Positions 9,615-19,380 of a DNA stretch of 64,000 bases are shown here, piece after piece. Position 1 is the first letter of the stretch. The number at the start of each line of letters is the position of its first letter. The notes under the pieces were generated by a model. It did not search any database and was not told where the DNA came from. It was given only the letters and a program-made list of their open reading frames with translations. Both the position numbers and the translations under genes were made by a program. Origin of the DNA: Candidatus Heimdallarchaeota archaeon (GTDB taxonomy: Archaea; Asgardarchaeota; Heimdallarchaeia; Heimdallarchaeales; Heimdallarchaeaceae); assembly GCA_018238545.1 (NCBI GenBank), contig JABCTC010000014.1, positions 15,933-79,932 of the forward strand, read 5' to 3'.

Positions 9615-11690
9615 TTAAGTAGAATACGTTTTTAGTGTCCTTTTTGTAACGCGGGTTTTGCAAATTGGGCACTCTTCTTTTATTTTAAGCCACTGTTCCA
9701 TGTGCTCTTTGTGGGCTAAATTGGTACATGTAGGGCATTCCATAACAGTCTCACCGTGCTTAATTAGTCCTTGACATATTGAGCACTTGGTAGGAAGCTC
9801 CTTACAGTTCTTACATGGTTCATTTACAGATTCAATAACATGCCCACATTTCAAACAGTGTGTCTTTTTAGATGGGAGTCTAATTCTTGTTAGTCTTTCA
9901 AAAGTTGATTGAGTTAGAGAACCTTGATAATAACCATGAGCAATAAGTTGACTAGTCATTTTGAAAATGTCAATTTCTGGCAGATTCAACTTCTCAGCAA
10001 TCGTTACTAGTCGGATTTTCCTTCTTCTGGATTTTTCTATCTCATTTACAACCCTAATATAGATTTCTCCAAGATCTTTTAGCTCTCTACTAGGTAAGAT
10101 TTTCTGGAAAGATTCAACGTATACAGCGCTTCCTCTGAGCTCAATATTTAGCAATCCAGAACCCACTAGTTCAAAAATTATGTTGGTTACAGCTACAGCT
10201 GATTTTTCCCAAATTTTCTGTATAGATTTCAAAGATGTTTTTGGATTAGAAATGATGTAGCCAAATATTTCCTGATAGTGAATAGGCAAGTCATCTAATT
10301 GAACAAGAGGTGGAAATAGAGGAATCTCTTCTGGAATGAGTTTATTTCCTTCTATTGATCCTTTAATTAACCCCTTACCATAGAAACCATATAGTCTTTC
10401 TTTTGCATGGTGCTTGTCAATACCTAATGCAAGCGATATATCTTTGGTTGTAATATAAGCTTTAGAAACAATCATTCCTAGAACTATTTTTTCCCATCTT
10501 TCTAATGTTCCTTCTTGAGCCCTACTATATCTCTTGATTCCTTCTATAATCAGAACGTTTCCACTTAATGAGCATTTTACAAATCCTTCCAAAAGTAAGT
10601 TAATGACTCCTTCTAAAATCTCTCCATCGGTTCTATTCATTAAGGCACCAAGTCTTCGTAACGAAATTTTCTTTTGTGTCGAAAGAAGGCCAAATAGTGC
10701 TTCATAACTAAAGAATGATAAAGTCGCCATCTCCTCTATTGTTCTTGTTGGACTAAATTCAGGTATAGTAACTGGTACAATATCGTTTGTTCCTAAAAAT
10801 ACAACTTGGAAGGTTCCTCTTGCAGTTAGAGTTGCTAAAGTTCTTAGAATTTCGTTTCTTTCCTTTCCTATGAATTTGCTAATCTCTTGATGAGAAGCTT
10901 TTTTGGTTAATAAGAGGTAACCTATAACTTCTTTTTCAATTCCTTGTAAAGTTGATAAAGGAATAATCTTAGGTTCGATAATATATTTTGTAATATTGAT
11001 GAATACTGAAGTGGTTCCAAGTTTTTTCTTCTTGAATTCCAATTCTGCTTCTAATTTCTTTAACAGCAAAAGCTTTGATATTTTTTCTATGATTACTTCT
11101 TTAGGAAATTCAGTAATTTTTGAAATTGTGATTATGTTTGCTTTTCTCAGCATCATAGCAATTCCAACAATAAATGTATCGTCTTCCGTAAGTTTAATTT
11201 TCTCGTCTGGTGCCCAGTTCCATTGTACAAAAACATTCTCTTGCTTTATTGATCCTATAAATAAACCCCGACTTGTCAGGAAAAATAAGTGATTAATAAG
11301 TTCTTTCTTTGATATGCCTACTATTTCTGAAAGATTCGACATACTCACTTTTTCTGATTGAGATAAAAATCCAAGAATTATCTTTCTTAATGGTGTCACT
11401 CGTGAAGAATTTATTTTGGGATACTTGTATATTGTTGCTATAGAAAATATGCTTCTTCTGTATGAACCTCTCACAATGAGAGCTTGTACCATTAACTGAA
11501 TATAATCTTTAATTGCTTCAACTGGAATTTTATAGTTAGTTGAAAACTCTGTTAAATTAATCTCTCTCAGCAAGTATAATTGAGTTAAAATTTGTGCTCT
11601 CATACGTTTTGAAATGTCAACTTCTGGAAGATCTAAATCACTAAACTTAATTTCATAGACATCATCTCTCTCAAAAGCCAGTTGTACCAT
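9615..11690 (-). CDS. Tandem winged-helix (PCI-like) repeat protein with C-terminal Zn ribbon and RING finger (putative E3 ligase)
   Basis: About 8 wHTH-like repeats, then CLKC..CKNC, then CSIC-x12-CPTC-x4-H-x2-H..W..CPIC. Confidence 0.75.
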   Translation of the reverse strand: MVQLAFERDDVYEIKFSDLDLPEVDISKRMRAQILTQLYLLREINLTEFSTNYKIPVEAIKDYIQLMVQALIVRGSYRRSIFSIATIYKYPKINSSRVTPLRKIILGFLSQSEKVSMSNLSEIVGISKKELINHLFFLTSRGLFIGSIKQENVFVQWNWAPDEKIKLTEDDTFIVGIAMMLRKANIITISKITEFPKEVIIEKISKLLLLKKLEAELEFKKKKLGTTSVFINITKYIIEPKIIPLSTLQGIEKEVIGYLLLTKKASHQEISKFIGKERNEILRTLATLTARGTFQVVFLGTNDIVPVTIPEFSPTRTIEEMATLSFFSYEALFGLLSTQKKISLRRLGALMNRTDGEILEGVINLLLEGFVKCSLSGNVLIIEGIKRYSRAQEGTLERWEKIVLGMIVSKAYITTKDISLALGIDKHHAKERLYGFYGKGLIKGSIEGNKLIPEEIPLFPPLVQLDDLPIHYQEIFGYIISNPKTSLKSIQKIWEKSAVAVTNIIFELVGSGLLNIELRGSAVYVESFQKILPSRELKDLGEIYIRVVNEIEKSRRRKIRLVTIAEKLNLPEIDIFKMTSQLIAHGYYQGSLTQSTFERLTRIRLPSKKTHCLKCGHVIESVNEPCKNCKELPTKCSICQGLIKHGETVMECPTCTNLAHKEHMEQWLKIKEECPICKTRVTKRTLKTYST

Positions 11691-11788
11691 CTCTAAAAGG
11701 TTAGATTAAATTAGTTAAACATGACTTATTAAAGTTCCCTTATTAAAAATGATTGAATAGTTAATACAGTGAAGAATAGAAGAGTAGT

Positions 11789-13123
11789 TTAAGCTCTCTC
11801 TAAATATTTTAGATATTCCCATTCCCATTCTGCTTCTTTGCTTGTAGATTTAGCTTCCGAATGCTCTTTACATTCTTTTCTTTTCACTTCTAAGAAAATG
11901 TCTGTGATTTCTTTCCCTATTACTTCAGAAACTAAAGTGCTACTTTCTAAATGATCCAAGGCATCACTTAAGCTGGAAGGGAGTTGGGTGATTCCCATTT
12001 CTTTTCTTTCTTGGATAGTTAGTTTTTCTATGTTTTTTACAGTAGATTGAATGGGTTCAATTTTCTTCTTCATACCATCTAATCCAGCAGCTAAAAGTAA
12101 AGCAGAAGCAAGGTAGATGTTTGTAGCACCATCCGTTGCACGAAATTCAAGTCTTGCTTTCTTTTCATATCCTGGAACTCGGATCAACGCTGTACGATTA
12201 GCGATTCCCCACGATTTGAATGCTGGTGCTTCATGACCAGGTACTAATCTTTTGTACGAGTTTGTAGTTGGATTGAATATTGCAGTCATTGCATCGACAT
12301 TTTCTAATATACCACCAACAAAATATCTTAAATTGTCACTTATTCCTTTTTCTTTATCTGAAAAAATATTAACTCCGTTCTGAGTAAGAACCTGATGTAT
12401 ATGTAATCCATTTCCAGCCAGATTCTCAAAAGGTTTAGGCATGAAAGTAGCAATTACTTCATCAAAAAGCGAGTTTGCTTTGATGATTAACTTTGCAGTT
12501 TGGGTATTATCAGCTTGTTTTAAAGCGTCTAAAACACCAAATTCTATCTCTTGTTGAGCATGTCCACATTCATGATGAATTGTCTTAACGGGTATTCCCA
12601 TCTCTAACATATCCCTTGCCATATTTCGTCTTAAGATACCTAAAATATCAAATGGCAAAGTATCCATGTATTCGCCGTCTTCAACTGGATCTAATTCATC
12701 ATCAAGAAAATACCACTCTAGTTCAGGTCTGGTTTTGTATTCAAATCCAAGATTATTGGTCTGACCCATCACTTTTTTTAGCACGTTCCTTGGGTCTGTA
12801 GGATGAGGAGTACCATCATTTTTTTGAATGTCACAGATGAACCTAGCAATTCTTGGTTCCCACGGGATTATGGTCACTGTTTCCAAATCTGGGACAACAA
12901 TCATGTCGCTTTGCTCAGTTTGTAAGAAGCCTAATGAAGACCCGTCTACTCCACTTCCTTCCTGCATCTCTTCCCAGATACTTGCTGGAAATTCTACTGA
13001 CTTTAGTTCTCCAAAAATTGTTGTAAACTGAAATTGTATAAACTCGATTTTGTTTTCTGTAAAGAACTTATTCAAATCACTCATTTCAATCATCACGCTT
13101 TCTAACTCTGTGTCAACCATCAT
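11789..13123 (-). CDS. glnA: Glutamine synthetase type I
   Basis: DGSS, PELEW, HHE...QQEI, FMPKP..GNGLHIH, NSYKRLVPGHEAP, NRTALIRVP, RLEFR. Confidence 0.9.
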   Translation of the reverse strand: MMVDTELESVMIEMSDLNKFFTENKIEFIQFQFTTIFGELKSVEFPASIWEEMQEGSGVDGSSLGFLQTEQSDMIVVPDLETVTIIPWEPRIARFICDIQKNDGTPHPTDPRNVLKKVMGQTNNLGFEYKTRPELEWYFLDDELDPVEDGEYMDTLPFDILGILRRNMARDMLEMGIPVKTIHHECGHAQQEIEFGVLDALKQADNTQTAKLIIKANSLFDEVIATFMPKPFENLAGNGLHIHQVLTQNGVNIFSDKEKGISDNLRYFVGGILENVDAMTAIFNPTTNSYKRLVPGHEAPAFKSWGIANRTALIRVPGYEKKARLEFRATDGATNIYLASALLLAAGLDGMKKKIEPIQSTVKNIEKLTIQERKEMGITQLPSSLSDALDHLESSTLVSEVIGKEITDIFLEVKRKECKEHSEAKSTSKEAEWEWEYLKYLERA

Positions 13124-13229
13124 TTGAATTCTATTTATATAGTTTTGTCAAGGATGGAACAATTTGATGAATTATTTATTTCAATTCGACAATTATTTAA
13201 GGCTGTAACAATTGAATAACAAGACACGA

Positions 13230-13790
13230 ATGACAACACCAAGTAGATTCTGGATTACCAGCGGGATAGGTGAATCTAATGTATCAGAGCTTTCTGCATT
13301 CGATGAATCTTTAATGAAAGCAGGAATAGGTTATCAAAACCATGTGTTAGTTTCGTCCATACCCCCATCTATTGAAATCCAACCAAAAATTGTTGCTCAA
13401 CATGGTTTAACACATGTTCCTGTAGGCGATGAATGGAAACTTATACCTTCGAGCTCGATACTCTATGTTGTTCGGGCTATGAAAACTGGTAAAAGAGGAG
13501 ATAATATCGCAACCTGTATTTCTTTAGCTAAGATTGCTGTAGATACAACCGATCCAAGTCTTGAATGTATTTTAGCATATGAGGCTAAAGGGTCAAGTCT
13601 AGAATTAGTAGAAGCGATGGCATTATCTGGTTTAAAGGAGATGGTAAAAAGAAGACAAGCAATTCTCGATGAAAGTTGGGGAAAATTTGGATTTAAAACT
13701 ATTTCATCTTCTTTAGAAATAACGAAGGAATACGGATGTTCAGTATCTTTTGTTGTCATGGATCCTTTTACTTTCAAACATGAAATTTAA
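13230..13790 (+). CDS. pdaD: Pyruvoyl-dependent arginine decarboxylase
   Basis: SGIGES..ELSAFDESL..AGI..QN.VLVSSIPP with the Ser-Ser autocleavage site. ATG 13230 preferred over TTG 13212. Confidence 0.8.
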   Translation: MTTPSRFWITSGIGESNVSELSAFDESLMKAGIGYQNHVLVSSIPPSIEIQPKIVAQHGLTHVPVGDEWKLIPSSSILYVVRAMKTGKRGDNIATCISLAKIAVDTTDPSLECILAYEAKGSSLELVEAMALSGLKEMVKRRQAILDESWGKFGFKTISSSLEITKEYGCSVSFVVMDPFTFKHEI

Positions 13791-13861
13791 ACTTCACAAA
13801 AGAAGGTACGAGACAAAAAGCATAAAAACACTATAATTTACACCTACCAAGCAGAGTTAAA

Positions 13862-15736
13862 GTGGAAGATATGAATATTAGAAAAGTTAACACATTAATA
13901 ATCTTAACAATATTATTTGCCTCAATGACATTAGGTTTTAGTGCGAATTATAATGTCCTTGCTGCTAACACAGCAGAACCTACAATAGAGCGTATTATGG
14001 TTGATGAAGAAGAAATAGATTATTACAGTTTTGAAAATAATACAATTGTCACAGTGGAATACTCAGTAAACCGAGACGTTGGAGTAGATGGAGTTATTCT
14101 AATTGGTTTTGGTTCTGAATTGGATATGGATCCATTCAATAGTATTAACCTAACCTGTTCCTACTCTCTACAAGATAGAACATACTATGTTGGTGATATT
14201 GAGCTTACTGGTAACAGTTATTTCAAAGGTTATGGGTGGGTTGGAGATATAACAAATGGAACATATGAAGAAGTTGAAGAATTCAATCATCTTGGTCAAT
14301 GGCACTATTTGTTTGTAAATGAGGATGGTGTCCCTCCACAATTTCATGGAATTGAAAATGCAACATCCACAGGATTTCATACCTACTATGCTCCAGCAAA
14401 CCAAACTAATCATACCATAGTAATTTCTTATAGAGTTTATGGAGGAACAGAAAATGATTCTGTGACTCTTGTCTATTCTGTTTATCGAGATAAACTTTAC
14501 AATGCATCACTCAATATTTTTGATAGCACTGTCATTTTTAAGAATATGACTTATGCTGATGACTCAACAGAAACCTATGTTGTTTTTAACACGACCATAG
14601 AACTCACAGAGAGAACACTTTACTTTGCGGCCAATAATTCTTATGGTTGGGACACATGGGATGATGGTCTTCTTAAGAATAACTTGAATATTTATAAAAT
14701 TAACAATGGATTCGATTTTAATTCAGATACTGTGCTTCATGAATCAATAACAGATGTTGATGAGGTTGATATTATCATAACAACATTAAACAGTACAGAA
14801 TATGACTCATTTGGTATAGGGTATTATGTTATTGAAAGTTTAGAAAATGATACTGAAATTGTTTCATGGACTGAGATTGATGGGACATTACAAAGCAATT
14901 ATACAGAGGTAAACGACCTTGGTTTCAATGATACAATGCGGGAATATAATGTGTCCCTTGGGATATTTGACGTTGATAATATCATCTACTTTGAAGCTTA
15001 CAATATCTATTATGGCGAACTTTACAACGAAACAGTTGGACACTATCACACTATTAGAATTTATGATTCCAAGCCTTATCTAGAACTGTTCCCTGTAAGT
15101 GGATCTTATGTGAACCACGAAGATGTCTCTTTCAGTTTTGATATCTTGTTAAATAGAGGGAATATAACCGAAATCTTAATGGATTATGGTGATGGTTCCC
15201 CCGTTGCTAACCTTACAGCTTTAGAAGCAGATGAAGACACTGGAATATATTATGTAATCCATTCTTATCCTGTAGCAACTGATGGTTACAATGTTACACT
15301 CACAGTTAATACTTCTTTAGGAACATTCAACACTACGACAAACTATCTTTATCTCGATTTCGATGCTCCGACTCTTGAAATCACTGATTTCACGAATAAT
15401 ATCACTGAGATAACAGATGGTTATGTTGAGTTATACTTTACTTACGTTGATGACTATTCTGGTGTTTGGAAAGTAACCATAGATTGGGGAGATGGTATTG
15501 TTCAAAATGTAACAGATGATAATTTTGCTTTCCATTACTATGTTAAAAATGGTACTTATAATGTCGTAGTAGAGGTTCAAGATAAAGGAGGCAACACTTT
15601 CAGCATGAATATTGTTTATACAATTGAACTGCCAGAGACTACTCCAACTGATCAGGCACCATTCGCAGCTCTATCTGTATTTATCTCACTACTTTCCTTG
15701 GGCTGTATTGTATTCCTAATAAGGAAGAGAAAATAA
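13862..15736 (+). CDS. Cell-surface glycoprotein with PKD/Ig-like domains, signal peptide and C-terminal TM anchor
   Basis: N-terminal hydrophobic segment, MDYGDGS and IDWGDG PKD motifs, many N-x-S/T sequons, APF-TM-RKRK tail. Confidence 0.85.
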   Translation: MEDMNIRKVNTLIILTILFASMTLGFSANYNVLAANTAEPTIERIMVDEEEIDYYSFENNTIVTVEYSVNRDVGVDGVILIGFGSELDMDPFNSINLTCSYSLQDRTYYVGDIELTGNSYFKGYGWVGDITNGTYEEVEEFNHLGQWHYLFVNEDGVPPQFHGIENATSTGFHTYYAPANQTNHTIVISYRVYGGTENDSVTLVYSVYRDKLYNASLNIFDSTVIFKNMTYADDSTETYVVFNTTIELTERTLYFAANNSYGWDTWDDGLLKNNLNIYKINNGFDFNSDTVLHESITDVDEVDIIITTLNSTEYDSFGIGYYVIESLENDTEIVSWTEIDGTLQSNYTEVNDLGFNDTMREYNVSLGIFDVDNIIYFEAYNIYYGELYNETVGHYHTIRIYDSKPYLELFPVSGSYVNHEDVSFSFDILLNRGNITEILMDYGDGSPVANLTALEADEDTGIYYVIHSYPVATDGYNVTLTVNTSLGTFNTTTNYLYLDFDAPTLEITDFTNNITEITDGYVELYFTYVDDYSGVWKVTIDWGDGIVQNVTDDNFAFHYYVKNGTYNVVVEVQDKGGNTFSMNIVYTIELPETTPTDQAPFAALSVFISLLSLGCIVFLIRKRK

Positions 15737-15779
15737 ATTTTCTCTCTTCTACAATCATTTTTTACTTTTTCAAAGATAC

Positions 15780-17696
15780 TTACAGTTTTCTTAGAATTTT
15801 TCTTAGAATTTTAATCTTAAAAGAGAAACTTTTTTCTTCCATTCTTTGAAGTTGTGGTATTATCATTCTAAGACTGAGTTCATAATTTCCGAAATCTTTC
15901 TCAATTTTCACGTCAATGTTTTCTGGGATATTAACTTCTAAACCTGAGTTAAGTTCTTTATTGAAAATTTTAACGTTACTACTTTTGTCGATTTGTTTTT
16001 CTTCAAACACTTCAATCACCTCTTGTGAAAGGAAATGTGTATGGTGTTCTCCTAAGTTTATTTTTGATAAACTTATAATGCTGAATTCATCTGATTTATT
16101 ACCAAAATTCTTTAGATTATAATGAACATTGAAACTAGATGAGTTTTTTTCAAATTCGAAATGTTTTGATAACAAAATATCTTCCGTAGCATAGATTGAA
16201 AGCATTATTACTTTACTGTCTTCTTTATCTAACCAATTGTATGTGTATCTTTCATTAAAAAGATTAAATTGACCACTATGTCGTTTGGAGATGACATCGT
16301 ACATAAGCCCGTATCTTGGTTCATGAGTTACTTTGTCTATAGCCAAATCTTTGGAAGGACATGAAGTAAGAACTATCCCTTTTTTTAAATCTATAAGATT
16401 AGTAATTATTCCTCCTTTATCCGTTAAACTACAAAACAAGTCATTGTCAATGAATGTGAATTCTGTACATTCTTGTCCATGACTTGTGAGTGTATCTATT
16501 TGATTAGTTTCTTTTTCCAAAAACATTTTCGCTATACTTTCTATCAAATCTAGATGCTTAATGCTTTCCCAGTTATTTGCATTTGCTAATGTGTTTGTCC
16601 CTTTAATTGGTGTAGAAAATATATCAAAACAGAAATTGTGTTGTTTTGTTATTAAGTAATTGTGAGCATACCTTAGAAGATTTGCAACTTTCAGATTTAT
16701 TTCATTCGAGGAAGCATTACTATGTTTTTCTATACTCTCTAAAATTGTTAAGTGTTTTTGAAATGCTTTACTACATCTTAAGCAATATGGAGTTAACTTC
16801 AATCCTCGTTGATACCCCATTGTCAAAGTAACTTCGTAAGGATATGCTGATTTTATATCAATCTCCTGAATATCTTCAAACTTTTCTATAATTTCAGAAG
16901 GTTTCAGAAAAATTGCCGGTTGTTCCATTAACTTGCTTGCTTCACGAAGATAGTTTTCGAAATCGAAATGAGGTTGAAAAACAGGAAATTTCATGTCGTT
17001 TAAATCGATTGAAAGAAGACCGCAATAATCTTGGTTAGTATCTTTTGAGATTTCAATTCCGTCTTTAATTACTTTCATTAAGTTCTCTAATTCTCCTGAA
17101 CGTATTGCTTCATCATATGTTTCAGGATAATTCCTGTAAACGCTACGCAGGTTAAATGATGGAAGAACGAAAATATTTTTGTCCTTTAGCTTAAAAGGTT
17201 TAAAATACTCAACTTCAAAAACTCCAGATGGTTTTGGATTGAGAGTTTTCGCTATAATATGCCAATCTATTATTACATATCTGTATTCTTGATTTACTAA
17301 TGTGTCAGAAGATCTTTTATCCCACACTCCAAAAGGTGGATAATATCCTTTGATATATTTTGCTGGAAAAATATTGTTAAGAATTGTTGTTGCTTGGTTG
17401 ATTTGGAGATTAATAAGACGCTCTTCATACGGTAGGTTCATCGGAATGAAGTTGGAATACATCGAAGATGATAACTCAATTTGACCCGCTAAGCACAATT
17501 TTGACAAATTTTTAAGAATAGTTTTATTTCCCCACATGTTTGATAATAAGAAAAGAGAGTTTGTTGATATAACTCCTCTTGCGGATTGGTTAACTAAGAA
17601 CCAATTGACGATTTTGGTATACTTGTCATACTCATCTCGTGTAACTGGAACTAAAAATCTAGCTAAATTGAAATGAGTTGAAATGTATACTACCAT
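15780..17696 (-). CDS. GH57-like (4-alpha-glucanotransferase architecture) protein, catalytically degenerate
   Basis: GQIELSSSMY, EERLINLQI, KGYYPPFGVWD, YRYVIID, and a C-terminal beta-sandwich (GGIITNL, FNVHYNLKN). Confidence 0.65.
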   Translation of the reverse strand: MVVYISTHFNLARFLVPVTRDEYDKYTKIVNWFLVNQSARGVISTNSLFLLSNMWGNKTILKNLSKLCLAGQIELSSSMYSNFIPMNLPYEERLINLQINQATTILNNIFPAKYIKGYYPPFGVWDKRSSDTLVNQEYRYVIIDWHIIAKTLNPKPSGVFEVEYFKPFKLKDKNIFVLPSFNLRSVYRNYPETYDEAIRSGELENLMKVIKDGIEISKDTNQDYCGLLSIDLNDMKFPVFQPHFDFENYLREASKLMEQPAIFLKPSEIIEKFEDIQEIDIKSAYPYEVTLTMGYQRGLKLTPYCLRCSKAFQKHLTILESIEKHSNASSNEINLKVANLLRYAHNYLITKQHNFCFDIFSTPIKGTNTLANANNWESIKHLDLIESIAKMFLEKETNQIDTLTSHGQECTEFTFIDNDLFCSLTDKGGIITNLIDLKKGIVLTSCPSKDLAIDKVTHEPRYGLMYDVISKRHSGQFNLFNERYTYNWLDKEDSKVIMLSIYATEDILLSKHFEFEKNSSSFNVHYNLKNFGNKSDEFSIISLSKINLGEHHTHFLSQEVIEVFEEKQIDKSSNVKIFNKELNSGLEVNIPENIDVKIEKDFGNYELSLRMIIPQLQRMEEKSFSFKIKILRKILRKL

Positions 17697-17866
17697 AGTA
17701 ACATCTTATACTTGACTTTAAAATCTCTTTCGCTTAATTTTGACAATTTTTTAATCTATTGTCATTATTTCTAAGTAAACTGTAAGAATTACTTTTTAAT
17801 TAATCCTTCTCTATACATATCAAATTTATGTATTATGGCGCTTCTAACGTCTTTTGATTGGTTAGA

Positions 17867-17874
17867 TTTATATA
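17867..17874 (+). promoter_or_regulatory. TATA box of tfb
   Basis: TTTATATA about 26 nt upstream of the ATG cluster at 17900-17908, implying a leaderless start rather than TTG 17858. Confidence 0.6.
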
Positions 17875-17899
17875 CGTGAGTGCGCATCGTATCATAGTG

Positions 17900-18859
17900 A
17901 TGATGATGAGTGAAGAACGTTGCTCCAACTGCAATTCAAATGAGATAGTTAGTGACTACTCTCGTGGTGAATCTATTTGTAGTAACTGTGGCGTTGTCCT
18001 CTCTAAACTAATAGATACCACTCCAGAGTGGAGAAGTTTTACAGCTGAGGAGAAATCTAACAGAAGTAGAACAGGTGCCCCAATCTCTTCTTTGAAATCT
18101 GATTTTGGGATTTCATCCCAGATTAGTTTTAGCAATATAGATATTTATGGTAGGAAGCTAGAGCCTGCTGTTGTTGCAAAGATGCGAAGATTGCGATGGT
18201 TAAACAGACGAGATTCAAGATCTCATATTAGAAACCTTCGTATAGCTTTACGAGAGTTGCGAAGAATTGTAAGCCAACTTGAATTAAGTGACGAAATCGC
18301 TGAATCTGCAGCGACAAATTACAGGAAAGCATTGAAAGCAGATCTAATCAGAGGAAGAAGCATTGAATCCATGGTAGCAGCTGCAATATATATTGCTTCT
18401 CGACAATATAATAATCCTACAACTTTAAAGGACATTGAAAAACACATCCACGCTGATAGAAAAGTTATAGCAAGATGTTTTCGAATATATGTTCAAGAGC
18501 TGAATATGAAGCCTACACCACTTGATCCTGCAGTATTATTGGCTAAATTATGTAATGAATTAGACCTAACTGTTGCAACTCAAAACGAGGCTTTGAAAAT
18601 TTTGGAGGAGAGTAGATCACGACGTTTAGATATGGGTAAAAACCCCCTAAGTGTCGCAGCAGCTGCAATTTACATTGCAAGTATTAGAACAGGAGAGAGA
18701 AGAACCCAACAACAAGTTGCCAAAGTTGCAAAAACAACACCAGTTACATTACGAAATCGTTTCAGAGAAATAGTTGATTCTCTAGATTTGGCAAATGTGA
18801 TTGTTAAACGAGGAGCCGCAAGTGCCCCTGTTTATGTAAGAGATCCCTGGAAGTTTTAG
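17900..18859 (+). CDS. tfb: Transcription initiation factor IIB (TFB)
   Basis: Zn ribbon CSNC..CSNCG, IDTTPEWRSF, RSRTGAP, two cyclin repeats (LIRGRS, GKNP..VAAAAIY, TLRNR). Confidence 0.96.
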   Translation: MMMSEERCSNCNSNEIVSDYSRGESICSNCGVVLSKLIDTTPEWRSFTAEEKSNRSRTGAPISSLKSDFGISSQISFSNIDIYGRKLEPAVVAKMRRLRWLNRRDSRSHIRNLRIALRELRRIVSQLELSDEIAESAATNYRKALKADLIRGRSIESMVAAAIYIASRQYNNPTTLKDIEKHIHADRKVIARCFRIYVQELNMKPTPLDPAVLLAKLCNELDLTVATQNEALKILEESRSRRLDMGKNPLSVAAAAIYIASIRTGERRTQQQVAKVAKTTPVTLRNRFREIVDSLDLANVIVKRGAASAPVYVRDPWKF

Positions 18860-19001
18860 AAACTCCTATCTCCTTTATTTCTTTGTTATATTTGCTCTTT
18901 TTTCTTGATATTCTTTCTTTAACTAGTAGTACCACCATATTATTACTGTATTAATGTTGTTTTAAGAATGAAAATAGCTTCTTTTGCATGGTGAAAACCA
19001 T

Positions 19002-19355
19002 ATGGGAATAAAACGATTAGTTTCTCGTAAGTCCACAGAAAAGAAAGAGGACACTAAGATTGTTAATCAAACACCAGGTGTAAAATTCTATTCACTATTG
19101 GATGTTGTAAAAACTGAAAGAATTATCGATGATGTTGAAAAAGGCAATCTCGTTTTTCTAAATATTAGTAGGATATCAGCATTTCCTGAAAGAAAGAGAG
19201 ATTTTCTTAAAACACTCAAAGCTAAATCTGCGGAATTACACGCAACCCTAAAAATGGTTTCAGAAGAAACAGTGATGGTTGCCCCTCCATCTGTACCAAT
19301 TGAAATTAGATCTTTGTCGCCACTAAACGTTGACAAATACAATAAAAAAGAGTAG
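19002..19355 (+). CDS. sepF: Archaeal SepF-like (DUF552) cell-division protein
   Basis: IIDDVEKGNLVFLNI...LK...VSEETVMVAPPSV pattern; GGTGA RBS before ATG 19002. Confidence 0.65.
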   Translation: MGIKRLVSRKSTEKKEDTKIVNQTPGVKFYSLLDVVKTERIIDDVEKGNLVFLNISRISAFPERKRDFLKTLKAKSAELHATLKMVSEETVMVAPPSVPIEIRSLSPLNVDKYNKKE

Positions 19356-19380
19356 ATTGGTTTTAGAGGAGATACTTAAT

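Noticed and set aside
11789-13790. glnA divergent from arginine decarboxylase, suggesting a gamma-glutamyl-polyamine synthetase
   Set aside because: The ammonium-site features of true GS (DGSS, PGHEAP flap Glu) are retained, and adjacency alone is insufficient.
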